Assembly: GCA_947174505.1 (NCBI GenBank)
Contig: CAMWJF010000012.1
Location: 10,607 to 74,606, forward strand
Source of the DNA: an uncultured Lachnospiraceae bacterium
GTDB taxonomy: Bacteria; Bacillota; Clostridia; Lachnospirales; Lachnospiraceae
Length of the DNA stretch: 64,000 nt
Direction of reading: 5' to 3'
Position 1 is the first letter of the stretch. Each line of letters begins with the position of its first letter. Positions 22,126-31,828 of this stretch are shown in pieces. A program made the position numbers and the translations under genes. Under the pieces are notes generated by a model. The model was not told the DNA's origin and made no database searches. It saw only the letters and a list, made by a program, of their open reading frames with translations.

Positions 22126-22635
22126 CTACTCCTCCGCCTCCAGACACTTCTGCAGCGCCAGAGTCCCCGTGCGGGCCATCTCCACAATGCTGATTCCCTT
22201 CATCATACTGATAAAGAGCCGTATCCGCTCGGGCACGTCACAGATCTGGATGATAAACATATTCTGGGACATATCCACGATATCCGCATGCATGATGTCG
22301 CATGTTTCCATGATGTCCTTTCTGTTGTTTTTGTTGTATTTTACCTTCATGAGCATAAGCTCCCTGCTCACGCTGGAAGGTTCATCAAAGGTCTTCACCT
22401 TGATGACGTCGATCTTTTTGTTGAGCTGTTTCTCGATCTGCTCGATGGTGCGCTCGTCCCCGGAGCTGACGATGGTCATGCGGGAAACCGTCGTATCCTC
22501 CGTCTCCCCCACCGCCAGGGATTCAATATTAAAGCATCTTCTGGAAAACAGCCCCGCCACCTTGCACAGCACGCCCGATCTGTTTTCCACCAGTACAGAA
22601 TATATTTTTTTCATTTCATCCTCCATATATGCCAT
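22126..22635 (-). CDS. ilvN: Acetolactate synthase small subunit (copy next to ilvB)
   Basis: SVLVENRSGVLCKVAGLFSRRCFNIESL, RELMLMKV and EMARTG. Confidence 0.92.
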   Translation of the reverse strand: MAYMEDEMKKIYSVLVENRSGVLCKVAGLFSRRCFNIESLAVGETEDTTVSRMTIVSSGDERTIEQIEKQLNKKIDVIKVKTFDEPSSVSRELMLMKVKYNKNNRKDIMETCDIMHADIVDMSQNMFIIQICDVPERIRLFISMMKGISIVEMARTGTLALQKCLEAEE

Positions 22636-22644
22636 TTACAGCCT

Positions 22645-22741
22645 GTGCGGAGAATGCCTCTTTTCGGCATTCTCTCATGTGAGACTTAGAAGTTCTTTGC
22701 GAAACAGCCTTTGCTGTGAGCATTAGAACTTCTTCTCACAT
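22645..22741. repeat. Family-1 palindromic repeat, copy A (ilvB-ilvN)
   Basis: GAGAATGCC/GGCATTCTC hairpin, then ATGTGAGA-AGAAGTTCT-ACAGC/GCTGT-AGAACTTCT-TCTCACAT. Contains the ilvB stop codon. Confidence 0.9.
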
Positions 22742-24361
22742 TTTTACCAAGTCCATGGGGTCAATCAGACACTCCAGAAGCACCGATTCGTCCTTCTCCA
22801 GAAAGGCCCTGATGGTGTCCTCCGCCCCTGTCATGTCCGCCTGCCGCATAAACCGGAGGCCGAAAGCCGCAGAGAGCTTTTCCAGATCCGGGCTGCCCGA
22901 CAGATCCACCACCGAGTAGTTATCCTTGTAGGTGTAATGCTGGTATTCCCGCACCATGCCAAGATAATTGTTTTTCAGGACAATGATTTTAACAGGCACG
23001 TCAAATTGCCGCATGGTAGCCAGCTCCATCATGGACATCTGGAAGGAGCCGTCCCCACAGACCGCCACCACCTGGCGGCTTCTGTCCGCCAGCTTCGCGC
23101 CCATGGCTGCCGGAATGGAATAGCCCATGGTTCCCATACCGCCTGTGGTGAGAAAGCGCCCTTTTTTCACGATATGATAACCGCAGGACCAGATCTGGTT
23201 CTGTCCCACATCCGCCACGTAAACCGCGTTCTCGTCCATCTCCCGTGAGAGCATGGTGATAAAGGCCGCCGGGTCCACATAGGCTGGATTCGGCCTGCGT
23301 ATGGGCTGCATGGTATCGCGGTAGGTGTTTAACGTCTGTATCCACTCCTCATGCTCACAGGTAAACTCCTCCGTCTCGATATCCTCAAATATATGTTTCG
23401 CATCGCCCACCAGAGGAATGGCAGGACCTACGTTTTTCCCAATCTCCGCCGGGTCCACGTCGATGTGGACAAGGACTTTGTTTTCCGTAATCAGATCGGG
23501 CTGGTTCACCGCCCTGTCTGCCACCCGCGCGCCCACCATAAGGAGAAGGTCTGACTCATTCATGGCCCGGTTGGCGAAAGGCTTGCCGTTGTTACCCACC
23601 ATACCGTAATACATGGGATGCTCGGTAGGCATGGCGCCGATTCCCATCATGGTGGAGACCACGGGAATCCGATATTTCTCTGAGAAAGCGCGAAGACTTT
23701 CTTCCGCCTGACTAAGGAGTACGCCGCCCCCCGCACAGATCAAGGGCCGTTTTGATTTAGACAGTTCTTTTATAACCTTCTTGATCTGGGCCATATTGCC
23801 CTTTACCGTCGGTTTATACGTGCGCATATTGACCGCGTCGGGATACTTGAACTTCCCGACAGGCGTATTCTGGATATCAATGGGAATGTCGATCAGCACG
23901 GGGCCTTTACGTCCCGTTGAGGCCAAATGAAAGGCTTCCTTGAATATCCGCGGGATATCCGCCGCGTCTTTCACCAGATAGCTGTATTTGACAAAGGATT
24001 CCACCGCGCCGGTGATGTCCGCCTCCTGAAACACGTCGGAGCCGAGTAACTCGCTGTTCACCTGTCCCGTAATACATACTAACGGGATGCTGTCTGCGAA
24101 GGCTGTGGCAATACCCGTAATCAGATTGGTTGCACCGGGGCCGGAAGTTACGGCACACACGCCGACTTTTCCGGATACTCTGGCAAGGCCGCTGGCCGCA
24201 TGGGCTGCATTCTGCTCTGTGCGGATCAGAATTGTCTGGATATCAGACTCCAATATGCTGTTGTAAAAAGGACATATGGCTACGCCCGGATAACCAAACA
24301 CATACGCAACGCCTTCCGCCTCCAGACATTTTACGATTACATCTGCACCTATCATATACAT
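22736..24361 (-). CDS. ilvB: Acetolactate synthase large subunit
   Basis: FGYPG, EQNAAHAA, TSGPGATN, GGMGTMG and GDGSFQM...NN motifs. Confidence 0.96.
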   Translation of the reverse strand: MYMIGADVIVKCLEAEGVAYVFGYPGVAICPFYNSILESDIQTILIRTEQNAAHAASGLARVSGKVGVCAVTSGPGATNLITGIATAFADSIPLVCITGQVNSELLGSDVFQEADITGAVESFVKYSYLVKDAADIPRIFKEAFHLASTGRKGPVLIDIPIDIQNTPVGKFKYPDAVNMRTYKPTVKGNMAQIKKVIKELSKSKRPLICAGGGVLLSQAEESLRAFSEKYRIPVVSTMMGIGAMPTEHPMYYGMVGNNGKPFANRAMNESDLLLMVGARVADRAVNQPDLITENKVLVHIDVDPAEIGKNVGPAIPLVGDAKHIFEDIETEEFTCEHEEWIQTLNTYRDTMQPIRRPNPAYVDPAAFITMLSREMDENAVYVADVGQNQIWSCGYHIVKKGRFLTTGGMGTMGYSIPAAMGAKLADRSRQVVAVCGDGSFQMSMMELATMRQFDVPVKIIVLKNNYLGMVREYQHYTYKDNYSVVDLSGSPDLEKLSAAFGLRFMRQADMTGAEDTIRAFLEKDESVLLECLIDPMDLVKM

Positions 24362-24432
24362 TTTTCCTCTCTTCTATCGTCTATTCGTAACAGTATTACA
24401 CCTTCAAAGTTACCGATACCGAATCGTTGTAT

Positions 24433-26892
24433 CTAACCGTTTATTCCCAGCAGCTTCTGTGTCAGCTTTACCGCGTCGGCTGCATCCTTGGAATACCCGT
24501 CCGCGCCGATCTCCTGCGCATACTCCTCGGTGATGACCGCACCGCCCACAATGATCTTCGCATCCATCTCCTGCTCCTTCGCATAGTCAATCACATGGCG
24601 CATCTGCTGCATGGTGGTGGTCATAAGGGCCGAGAGCGCGATCACCTGCGCGTTATGTTCTCTGGCCGCCTCAATGATCCTTTCCTTTGGCACATCCTTG
24701 CCGAGATCAACCACATGAAAGCCGTAGTTTTTTAACATCAGCGCCACCAGATTTTTTCCGATATCATGAATATCACCCTCCACCGTGGCAATCACCACGG
24801 TGGGCATGTCCGCCCCTGACTTTGCCTGTAAAAGAACCGGCTCCATGTACTCGATGGAAGCCTTCATCGCCTCCGCGCTGGCAATTAACTGGGGCAGGAA
24901 ATACTTGCCCTTGTCAAACAGCTCGCCCACCTCGTTAATAGCCGGAAGCAGCACCTCATCCAGAAGCGCCTTTGCCGCAATACCTTCCTCCATCGCCTTT
25001 TTCGTATCTTCCACGATGGCATCCCGCTTTCCTTTCAGGACGTCGGCGCGAAGCCTGTCCCTGGGTGATGCGGCGTTTTCCTCCTGCGCCGCCCGGTTCA
25101 GGCGGATTCCCGTCTCTTTGGGCGCGGTCTCCCCGGCCGCCTCCTTCTTCTCCCGCAGGGCGTCCATCAGACGGATATAACGGGTATCCGCCGCCTCCTT
25201 ATTCAGAAGCAGATCAGAGGCAAAAGCACAGCTCATCAACAGCTCCTGGGAGGGATTGGCAATCGCCATGGTAAGCCCCTCGCGGATCGCCATAGTGAGA
25301 AAGGCAGTGTTCACAAACCCTCTCTCCGGCAGGCCAAAGGAAATATTGGACAGGCCGCATATCGTGGCAAGCCCCTTCTCTTTACAGTAGCGGATTGTCT
25401 CAAGCGTCTCCAGAGCCGCGTTCTTATTGGCTCCCACGGTAGCCACCAGACCATCCACCACAATATCTTCTTTTGTCAGGCCAAGCGCAAGCGCTTTTTC
25501 CTGTATGCTTTCTATAATCGCAATCTTTTCCGCCAGATCTTTCGGAAGTCCCGCATCCGACAGTGGCAGGAGAATAAACATGGCGCCATATTTTTTCGCA
25601 ATGGCAAGCAGCGCGTCCTGCTTCGCCTGTTCACCGGAAATGGAATTGATCAGCGCGCGTCCCGGATAGCGGCGGAGCGCCGCCTCCAGCACATCCACAT
25701 GGCTGGAATCGATGGACAAAGGCAGGCTTGTAACGCCACTCACCGTCTCGATGGCTTTTAACATCATCTCCTTTTCGTCGATGCCGCTCATGCCCATATT
25801 CACATCCAGTATACTCGCCCCACAGGCCTCCTGTGCCTCTGCAAAGTCCGTCACCATCTCCATGGAGCCTTCCCGGAGCGCAGCCTGCAGCTTCTTTTTC
25901 CCGGTGGGGTTTATGCGTTCGCCCACCACGATAAAGGGATCTTCCAGACCGAAGGACACCGTCAGCCGCTCGCTTGTCAAAAACCGTTTCCCCGGCTTTT
26001 CCCGATGTATGACGGTCATGTCCCGCACCGCCTCTTTCGCCGCCCGGATATGCTCCGGGGTGGTGCCGCAGCAGCCGCCGATCACGGACGCACCCGCCGA
26101 AATCAGCTCCCTCATATGACGGCCGAACGTTTCCGCATCCATGTCGTAAACGGTATTGCCCTGCTCGTCCAGAGAAGGCAGGCCTGCGTTCGGCTTGGCG
26201 ATAATGGGAATCCCGGTGACCTCCGCCATACGGCGCACCGTATCCACCATCTTATCAGGCCCCGTGGAGCAGTTCGTGCCAACCGCCGCAACACCCAGAC
26301 TCTCCAGAACAATCGCCGCGGTAGTCGCATCGGTGCCGAACAGTGTCCTGCCGTCCGACTCAAAGGTCAGCGTCGCCATCACAGCCAGATCACAGACTTC
26401 CTTCGCAGCAATTACCGCCGCCCTGGTCTCCTGCAGGCTCATCATCGTCTCTACCACCAGCAGGTCTACACCCGATTCAACCAGATATCGGATCTGCTCC
26501 TTATACACCCCGATCAGTTCTTCAAAATCCAGTTTCCCCATGGGGAAAAGCTGTTCTCCCGTCATGGTCAAATCGCCTGCAATATAGGCTTTCCCGCCGA
26601 CCGCTTCTCTGGATAAGGCCACCAGCTCACGGTTCATCTGCCCGATCTGTTCCTCCAGACCGTATTCCTTCAGCTTGATGCGGTTGGCTGTGAAGGTTGG
26701 CGCATAGACGATATTGCTGCCTGCCGATACAAAGTCCCGCTGCAGCTTAATCATAATATCCCTGTGTCCTAAGATCCACTGCTCCGGGCAGACGCCTGCA
26801 GGCATTCCCTGTTTTTGCAGATTCGAGCCGGTGGCGCCGTCCAGAATAAGGGGCGTATTTTTTATGAAAGATTGAAATTCCTGCCTGTTCAT
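24433..26892 (-). CDS. metH: Cobalamin-dependent methionine synthase core (Hcy-MT + pterin-binding + B12-binding; no activation domain)
   Basis: LDGATGS, GTNCS, GGCCGTTPEHI, VGERINPTGKK and DIHDIGKN (B12 His). Ends directly after the B12 domain. Confidence 0.85.
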   Translation of the reverse strand: MNRQEFQSFIKNTPLILDGATGSNLQKQGMPAGVCPEQWILGHRDIMIKLQRDFVSAGSNIVYAPTFTANRIKLKEYGLEEQIGQMNRELVALSREAVGGKAYIAGDLTMTGEQLFPMGKLDFEELIGVYKEQIRYLVESGVDLLVVETMMSLQETRAAVIAAKEVCDLAVMATLTFESDGRTLFGTDATTAAIVLESLGVAAVGTNCSTGPDKMVDTVRRMAEVTGIPIIAKPNAGLPSLDEQGNTVYDMDAETFGRHMRELISAGASVIGGCCGTTPEHIRAAKEAVRDMTVIHREKPGKRFLTSERLTVSFGLEDPFIVVGERINPTGKKKLQAALREGSMEMVTDFAEAQEACGASILDVNMGMSGIDEKEMMLKAIETVSGVTSLPLSIDSSHVDVLEAALRRYPGRALINSISGEQAKQDALLAIAKKYGAMFILLPLSDAGLPKDLAEKIAIIESIQEKALALGLTKEDIVVDGLVATVGANKNAALETLETIRYCKEKGLATICGLSNISFGLPERGFVNTAFLTMAIREGLTMAIANPSQELLMSCAFASDLLLNKEAADTRYIRLMDALREKKEAAGETAPKETGIRLNRAAQEENAASPRDRLRADVLKGKRDAIVEDTKKAMEEGIAAKALLDEVLLPAINEVGELFDKGKYFLPQLIASAEAMKASIEYMEPVLLQAKSGADMPTVVIATVEGDIHDIGKNLVALMLKNYGFHVVDLGKDVPKERIIEAAREHNAQVIALSALMTTTMQQMRHVIDYAKEQEMDAKIIVGGAVITEEYAQEIGADGYSKDAADAVKLTQKLLGING

Positions 26893-26918
26893 ATAGCCTC
26901 CATGTATTACTTCTCACG

Positions 26919-27539
26919 TTATTCTTCGTAGAAAACCGTATCGTCCGTATCGAAATCATCCTCCGGCGCATCTTCGCCGCTGTCTTCCCTCTCTGCATCC
27001 TCCGATTCATCTGAAGACTCTGTTTCTTCGTCCTCATCCTTCCGGTTCAGATAGCCGCCGCCAAGGAGGGGACTCTCCTCCGTGTAGGTGACGCCTTCCC
27101 CCTCGGGAATCTCCCCGTGCAGAATCATGATGATATACTGGATGCGTATATTGGTTCTGTCATAGTATTCCAGAGCCGCCTGCTCAGAACCCTCGTCGTA
27201 AGATTCCCCGTCATAAGCCGCATGGAAAAGGGCTACCGCCTCTTTCATATTCTCGTCCGCCTCATCCGCCAGACTTTCCACCGCCGAAAACTGATCGGGC
27301 ACCGTAAGCTCCGCCATCCATTGAATGTCCTCCGCAAAGGCATCCAGATACCCCAGAAGCTCGATCACGGCGGTATCGGATTCGCGGTCAATGGCATTCA
27401 TTTTGTCATTGTATTCGGCTGCCCGTTCAAAAAAAGTGTTCATATCCTCCTGATAAGCCGTCAGTTCCTCATTCTTCCCGCAGGCCGTGAGTAAAAAAGC
27501 AAAGAGCAGGGTGACGAGTATCATCTTGTATTTTGTCAA
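26919..27539 (-). CDS. Putative lipoprotein
   Basis: LLTAC lipobox after a hydrophobic signal; acidic C-terminal tail. Confidence 0.8.
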   Translation of the reverse strand: MTKYKMILVTLLFAFLLTACGKNEELTAYQEDMNTFFERAAEYNDKMNAIDRESDTAVIELLGYLDAFAEDIQWMAELTVPDQFSAVESLADEADENMKEAVALFHAAYDGESYDEGSEQAALEYYDRTNIRIQYIIMILHGEIPEGEGVTYTEESPLLGGGYLNRKDEDEETESSDESEDAEREDSGEDAPEDDFDTDDTVFYEE

Positions 27540-27587
27540 AACCGTTATCCTCCGAATGCATAAAAAATCCTAATTCCCCTATCTAAA

Positions 27588-27616
27588 CATAGTACTGATT
27601 TCCGCCTATTTCGTCA
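27588..27616 (-). promoter_or_regulatory. Putative sigma-A promoter of the lipoprotein gene
   Basis: TTGACG-N17-TACTAT. Confidence 0.45.
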
Positions 27617-27659
27617 ACCTTTTCTTTTTAATAGAAGTCATGGAAAATAAGTGAAAAAA

Positions 27660-27704
27660 AATCGAGCGCCTGCGCGCTCGATTCAGAGAATGCTCCGCAT
27701 TCTC
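27660..27704. repeat. Tandem hairpins, second one related to family-1 hairpin 1
   Basis: AATCGAGCGC/GCGCTCGATT and GAGAATGC/GCATTCTC; the latter matches 44025-44043. Confidence 0.6.
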
Positions 27705-27727
27705 CTTGAATGGTTTATACTGTTGCA

Positions 27728-27777
27728 ATTTCCTATAGAATGAAAAAGAGCGACAGGCCCCTTCCGGCCGGTCGCCC
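27728..27777 (-). terminator. Intrinsic terminator of arsR-HMA
   Basis: GCGAC...GGCC/GGCC...GTCGC hairpin followed by TTTTTCATTCTATAGGAAAT on the minus strand. Confidence 0.65.
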
Positions 27778-27807
27778 CCTCCAGTTCCGCTATATGAATT
27801 CTGTCCG

Positions 27808-28026
27808 TCAAAACGCGATATCACAGTCCGGCTCCACCTTCCGGCACGCCTTCAGAACCTGCTTCATAACGCTCTTCTCATCCGCCCCCTCCGCGAACTC
27901 CACCTTCATTTTCTGGGTCATAAAGCTCACGACAGCCTCTGCAACGCCATCCGTTTTCGCAGCAGCCTCCTGCATTTTCTCTGCACAGTTTGCACAGTCA
28001 ACCTCAATCTGATACGTTTTTGTCAT
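27808..28026 (-). CDS. Stand-alone heavy-metal-associated (HMA) domain protein
   Basis: 72 aa with a DCANCA metal motif; ATGA overlap with arsR. Confidence 0.88.
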   Translation of the reverse strand: MTKTYQIEVDCANCAEKMQEAAAKTDGVAEAVVSFMTQKMKVEFAEGADEKSVMKQVLKACRKVEPDCDIAF

Positions 28027-28328
28027 TTCCCCGCTCCTTCCATGATGTGTTCCATTCCCATATTGAGGATCGAACGGACATGCTCGTCATCCAGAGAATA
28101 GAAAATCGACTTACCCTCTCTTCGGCTTTTAACCAGCTTGGAGGTCTTCAGAATCCGAAGCTGGTGGCTGACAGAGGACTGGCTCATCTGTAAAAGCCCC
28201 GCAATATCGTTCACGCACCGCTCCGTATCAAGCATCACATACAAAATTCTGATCCGGGTGGGGTCACCGAATATTTTAAAAAGCTCTGCCAGCCCGTAAA
28301 TCGCTTCCTCCTTATATGTTTCCTCCAC
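28023..28328 (-). CDS. ArsR/SmtB-family metal-sensing repressor
   Basis: FKIFGDPTRIRIL and SVSHQLRIL HTH; alpha5-type DDEH...EH. GTG start behind GGAGG (ORF track starts at 28346). Confidence 0.92.
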   Translation of the reverse strand: MEETYKEEAIYGLAELFKIFGDPTRIRILYVMLDTERCVNDIAGLLQMSQSSVSHQLRILKTSKLVKSRREGKSIFYSLDDEHVRSILNMGMEHIMEGAGK

Positions 28329-28357
28329 AGGGTCCTCCTTCCTCAATCCGGGTTTAC

Positions 28358-28405
28358 ATATGTTTATTTGTTCATATTATAATATGAACGTATATGCTTT
28401 GTCAA
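28358..28405 (-). promoter_or_regulatory. Promoter and operator of arsR-HMA
   Basis: TTGACA-N18-TATAAT. Perfect 20-bp palindrome GTTCATATTATAATATGAAC at 28370-28389. Overlapping SmtB/CzrA-like ATATGAACAAATAAACATAT at 28358-28377. Confidence 0.8.
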
Positions 28406-28503
28406 GCCGCTATTTCCAGACAGACACAAAAGTAAAAGGGATAAGGTAACGTAAAGGGAGCCCCTGAAGGACTCCCTGATACCATTCGCTCTTTCATGGA
28501 AAC

Positions 28504-30219
28504 TTACAATTTAAAGAAGGATACATCCTCTTCCAGAGCCTGTGCCATCTCCTTCAATTCGCCCGCCGCTTCTGCAAGCAGATTGATGGTAGCGTTTAAT
28601 TCCTGCATGGACGCTGTCGTCTCCTGCGTAGAAGCCGCGTTCTCCTCAGATACCGCAGACAGATTCTGGATCACATCCACAACCTTGTTTCTCGCGCCGT
28701 TGCATTCCTCCGCCTGGCTGCTGATTACACTGGACTCTTTTCTGGAGTCCTCAATGCCGCTGCTCACGTCGGCAAATTTATCCTTCGTCTGTACCAGCTT
28801 CTGCTGCTGCTGCGCGATAATCTCATTTACCTCGTTCATGATCTGAACGGAAGCCTCGGAATCAGCCGTCAGCTGATGAATGATGTCCTCAATGGTCTTC
28901 GTAGACTGTGCCGAATCCTCTGACAGCTTGGATATCTGGGTCGCCACCACGGCGAATCCGCGCCCGGCTTCTCCCGCTCTCGCTGCCTCTATGCTCGCGT
29001 TCAGGGCAAGCAGGCTTGTCTCGCTGGCAATGGATGCGATCAGATTGACGGCGTCCTGAATTCTGGTAACGGACTCGTTGGTCGTATGTACGGAAACCTC
29101 AATCTTCCTAATCGCCTCCGTCGTTCTGTCGTTGGACTCGCTCAGCTCGTTAATAATTCTGGATGCCTCCACGTCCGACGTGTGCATCTGACCGGAAAGA
29201 TTATCAAGCTCCCTTACACTGTCTGCAATCTTTTCAATGATAGCGCCCATATTGGCAACCTGTCCGGTCGCGGACTCGATATCCTCCGCCATGGAAACGG
29301 CTCCTTTGGAGATATCCTCCACCGCGCTGCTGATCTCATCAGCCGTGTTCGAAGTCTGGGACGCCATGCTCTCCAGATTATTACCCTGATTCATCAGTGT
29401 CTCGGTATTCTTCTTAATGCTGCCGATAATATTCTGCAGCTCCTCCAGCAGTCTCTGTACGGCATGACCCATCACGCCGATTTCGTCGGTTCTCTTTAAG
29501 ATCCTCTCGTTTACACTCAGGTCCAGCTCGCCCTCCGCCAGCGAGGAAAGAAGCGTCTCTGTCTGGACAATCACCCTCGCAATCGCGCTTGCAATCTTTA
29601 GACAGACTAACAGGGCAACAATGAGAATAAACGCGGAGATTCCAAGAATCATCAGCGAACTCCGGTTGATTCTGGCACTGGCCTCGGTAGCAGGCTGTCC
29701 CGCAAACACCATACCCACACATTTCCCGCTGGCATCGATCGCCGGCATATAGAACGCGTAATAGGTCTCCCCGTTTATGACAACGCTGTCCGTCTCATAA
29801 TTTTTTCCTTCGTTGATCACGGCCTGAATAACCGCATCGGAAGCTTTCGTACCAAGGATGCGTTCTCCCGTATCCTTATCGCGCAAAGAGGTGGCGCGTC
29901 TGGTATCCCCATAGAAAAGCGTTACATCCGCGTTGCTCCCGCTCACAAAGCTGTCGATAATATCTACATTTTCAGAGACGCAGTAATCACCCTTATAAAG
30001 CGTGTCACCCTCCAGCCGGTACTCACCCGGATCGAGCGCCTCATAAGCTGCATATACGCTCCGGCAAAGATTTTCCAGCCCTTCCATGGTAGTGTCGTGC
30101 ACCATGTTTCTCATGGTACTGATTGCATATACCGTGACAAACGCAACCATAATCACCAGGGGAATTGCACAGAGCATCACCAGCTGCGCCATTACGCTCA
30201 GTTTCTTTTGTTTTTTCAT
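28504..30219 (-). CDS. Methyl-accepting chemotaxis protein (Cache sensor, HAMP)
   Basis: Two TM helices; [24 protein letters not shown]. Confidence 0.95.
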   Translation of the reverse strand: MKKQKKLSVMAQLVMLCAIPLVIMVAFVTVYAISTMRNMVHDTTMEGLENLCRSVYAAYEALDPGEYRLEGDTLYKGDYCVSENVDIIDSFVSGSNADVTLFYGDTRRATSLRDKDTGERILGTKASDAVIQAVINEGKNYETDSVVINGETYYAFYMPAIDASGKCVGMVFAGQPATEASARINRSSLMILGISAFILIVALLVCLKIASAIARVIVQTETLLSSLAEGELDLSVNERILKRTDEIGVMGHAVQRLLEELQNIIGSIKKNTETLMNQGNNLESMASQTSNTADEISSAVEDISKGAVSMAEDIESATGQVANMGAIIEKIADSVRELDNLSGQMHTSDVEASRIINELSESNDRTTEAIRKIEVSVHTTNESVTRIQDAVNLIASIASETSLLALNASIEAARAGEAGRGFAVVATQISKLSEDSAQSTKTIEDIIHQLTADSEASVQIMNEVNEIIAQQQQKLVQTKDKFADVSSGIEDSRKESSVISSQAEECNGARNKVVDVIQNLSAVSEENAASTQETTASMQELNATINLLAEAAGELKEMAQALEEDVSFFKL

Positions 30220-30471
30220 CCTTACCTTCTCCTTATATAATACGTATTTACCCCCTCCTCACGATTTTTACCGAAAAAAGACTGACGGTAAATTGTGAGT
30301 TAAGCAGCCGACCGAAAAATAAGAGAATCGGACAGTGTTTTTTATTTTATCATATATCCGTTTGGTTTTCTATAGAAAATGCTATAAAAAAGTAAATACA
30401 AAGTAAATTTTGCACAAATAGCGTATTTTATTACACAATTGATCTGCAAATGATACAAAACCATTAACCGG

Positions 30472-31749
30472 CTACGGGCGCACCTGTCCGTCCCCCGTCA
30501 CCTGATATTTATAGGAGGTCAGTTCCCTAAGCCCCATGGGCCCCCTGGCGTGAAGCTTCTGGGTGCTGATGCCGATTTCCGCCCCAAAACCAAACTCAAA
30601 GCCATCCGTAAAACGGGTGGAAGCGTTTACATACACACAGGCCGAATCCACCTCCCGCAAAAACTTCTGCGCACGTGCCTGATCCTCTGTCAAAATAGCG
30701 TCAGAATGTCCCGTATTGTACTTGTTGATATGGGCGACTGCCTCCTCCAGGGAGCCGACTGTTTTTACGGAAAGAATCAGATCCAGGTATTCTGTTCCAT
30801 AATCCGCATCCGTAGCCGCCTGTGCCTCCGGTATCTGCGCACACACCGTCTCGTCGCCTCTGATCTCCACCTGTTTTTCCAGAAGGGCTTTCCCCAAAGC
30901 GGGCAGAATCTGTCCTGCAATTTTTTCATGCACAAGCAGAGATTCGCAGGCGTTGCAAACACCGATCCGCTGGGTTTTGGCATTGATAACGATGGGGACC
31001 GCTTTCGTAAGGTCAGCCGCCTCGTCTATGTAAATGTGGCAATTCCCGGTGCCTGTCTCGATTACGGGTATCGTGCTGTTCTCGACAACAGAGCGGATCA
31101 GCCCTGCACCGCCTCTGGGAATCAGCACGTCCACGTATTCCTTCAGCTTCATGAAAGCCGTGGTCACCGCCCTGTCGTTGTTTTCCATTAACTGGATGGC
31201 GTTTTTATCAATGCCCTCTTCTTCCAGCGCCTCCCGAATGACCTCTGTGATGGCCAGATTGGAGTGAAAGGCATCCTTTCCGCCCTTTAAAATTACTGCG
31301 TTTCCCGTTTTAAAGCAGAGGCCGAAGGCATCCGCCGTCACATTGGGCCGGGCTTCGTAAATAATGCCTGTCACTCCCATGGGAACCCGCACCTTCTCTA
31401 TGTGAAGGCCGTTTGGACGGTCAAATGACTCCATCACCTCTCCCACCGGGTCCGGCAGGGAGGCGATCTGCCCAAGCCCTTCCGCCATGGCCTCTATTCT
31501 CGCAGTCGTCAGCTTCAGGCGGTCAAGAAGGCCCTCCGACATATCATTTTCCTTTGCCCGCATGTAATCTTTTTCATTGGCAGAAAGAAGTTTTTCACTC
31601 TCCTGCACAAGCATTTCTGCCGCCCGCCCAAGGGCCCGGTTTTTCTGCGCCGTATCCAGTCCCAGCAATACGGTCTTTGCGGTCTGCGCCCGTCTGCCGA
31701 GTGTCGCCAGATATTCCCTGATTTCCATGTCTGTTTTTTCTTTTTCCAT
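30472..31749 (-). CDS. proA: Gamma-glutamyl phosphate reductase
   Basis: [17 protein letters not shown] and [19 protein letters not shown]. Start at MEKEK (ORF track starts at 31800). Confidence 0.96.
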   Translation of the reverse strand: MEKEKTDMEIREYLATLGRRAQTAKTVLLGLDTAQKNRALGRAAEMLVQESEKLLSANEKDYMRAKENDMSEGLLDRLKLTTARIEAMAEGLGQIASLPDPVGEVMESFDRPNGLHIEKVRVPMGVTGIIYEARPNVTADAFGLCFKTGNAVILKGGKDAFHSNLAITEVIREALEEEGIDKNAIQLMENNDRAVTTAFMKLKEYVDVLIPRGGAGLIRSVVENSTIPVIETGTGNCHIYIDEAADLTKAVPIVINAKTQRIGVCNACESLLVHEKIAGQILPALGKALLEKQVEIRGDETVCAQIPEAQAATDADYGTEYLDLILSVKTVGSLEEAVAHINKYNTGHSDAILTEDQARAQKFLREVDSACVYVNASTRFTDGFEFGFGAEIGISTQKLHARGPMGLRELTSYKYQVTGDGQVRP

Positions 31750-31828
31750 TTTCCAATATCCTTTCCGTCTGTTATCTGTCCGTCTGACACAAACCCGCAT
31801 TTCGGCGTCCCTCTTTAATCAAAGGATG

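Noticed and set aside
27727-27741. CodY box reading of the ATTTCCTATAGAAT motif
   Set aside because: Only about 10 of 15 positions match AATTTTCWGAAAATT, and the position after terminators fits poorly.
30220-30420. c-di-GMP riboswitch or sigma-D promoter upstream of the MCP gene
   Set aside because: There is an imperfect hairpin (about 30258-30300), but no GEMM motifs and no convincing TAAA-N15-GCCGATAT.
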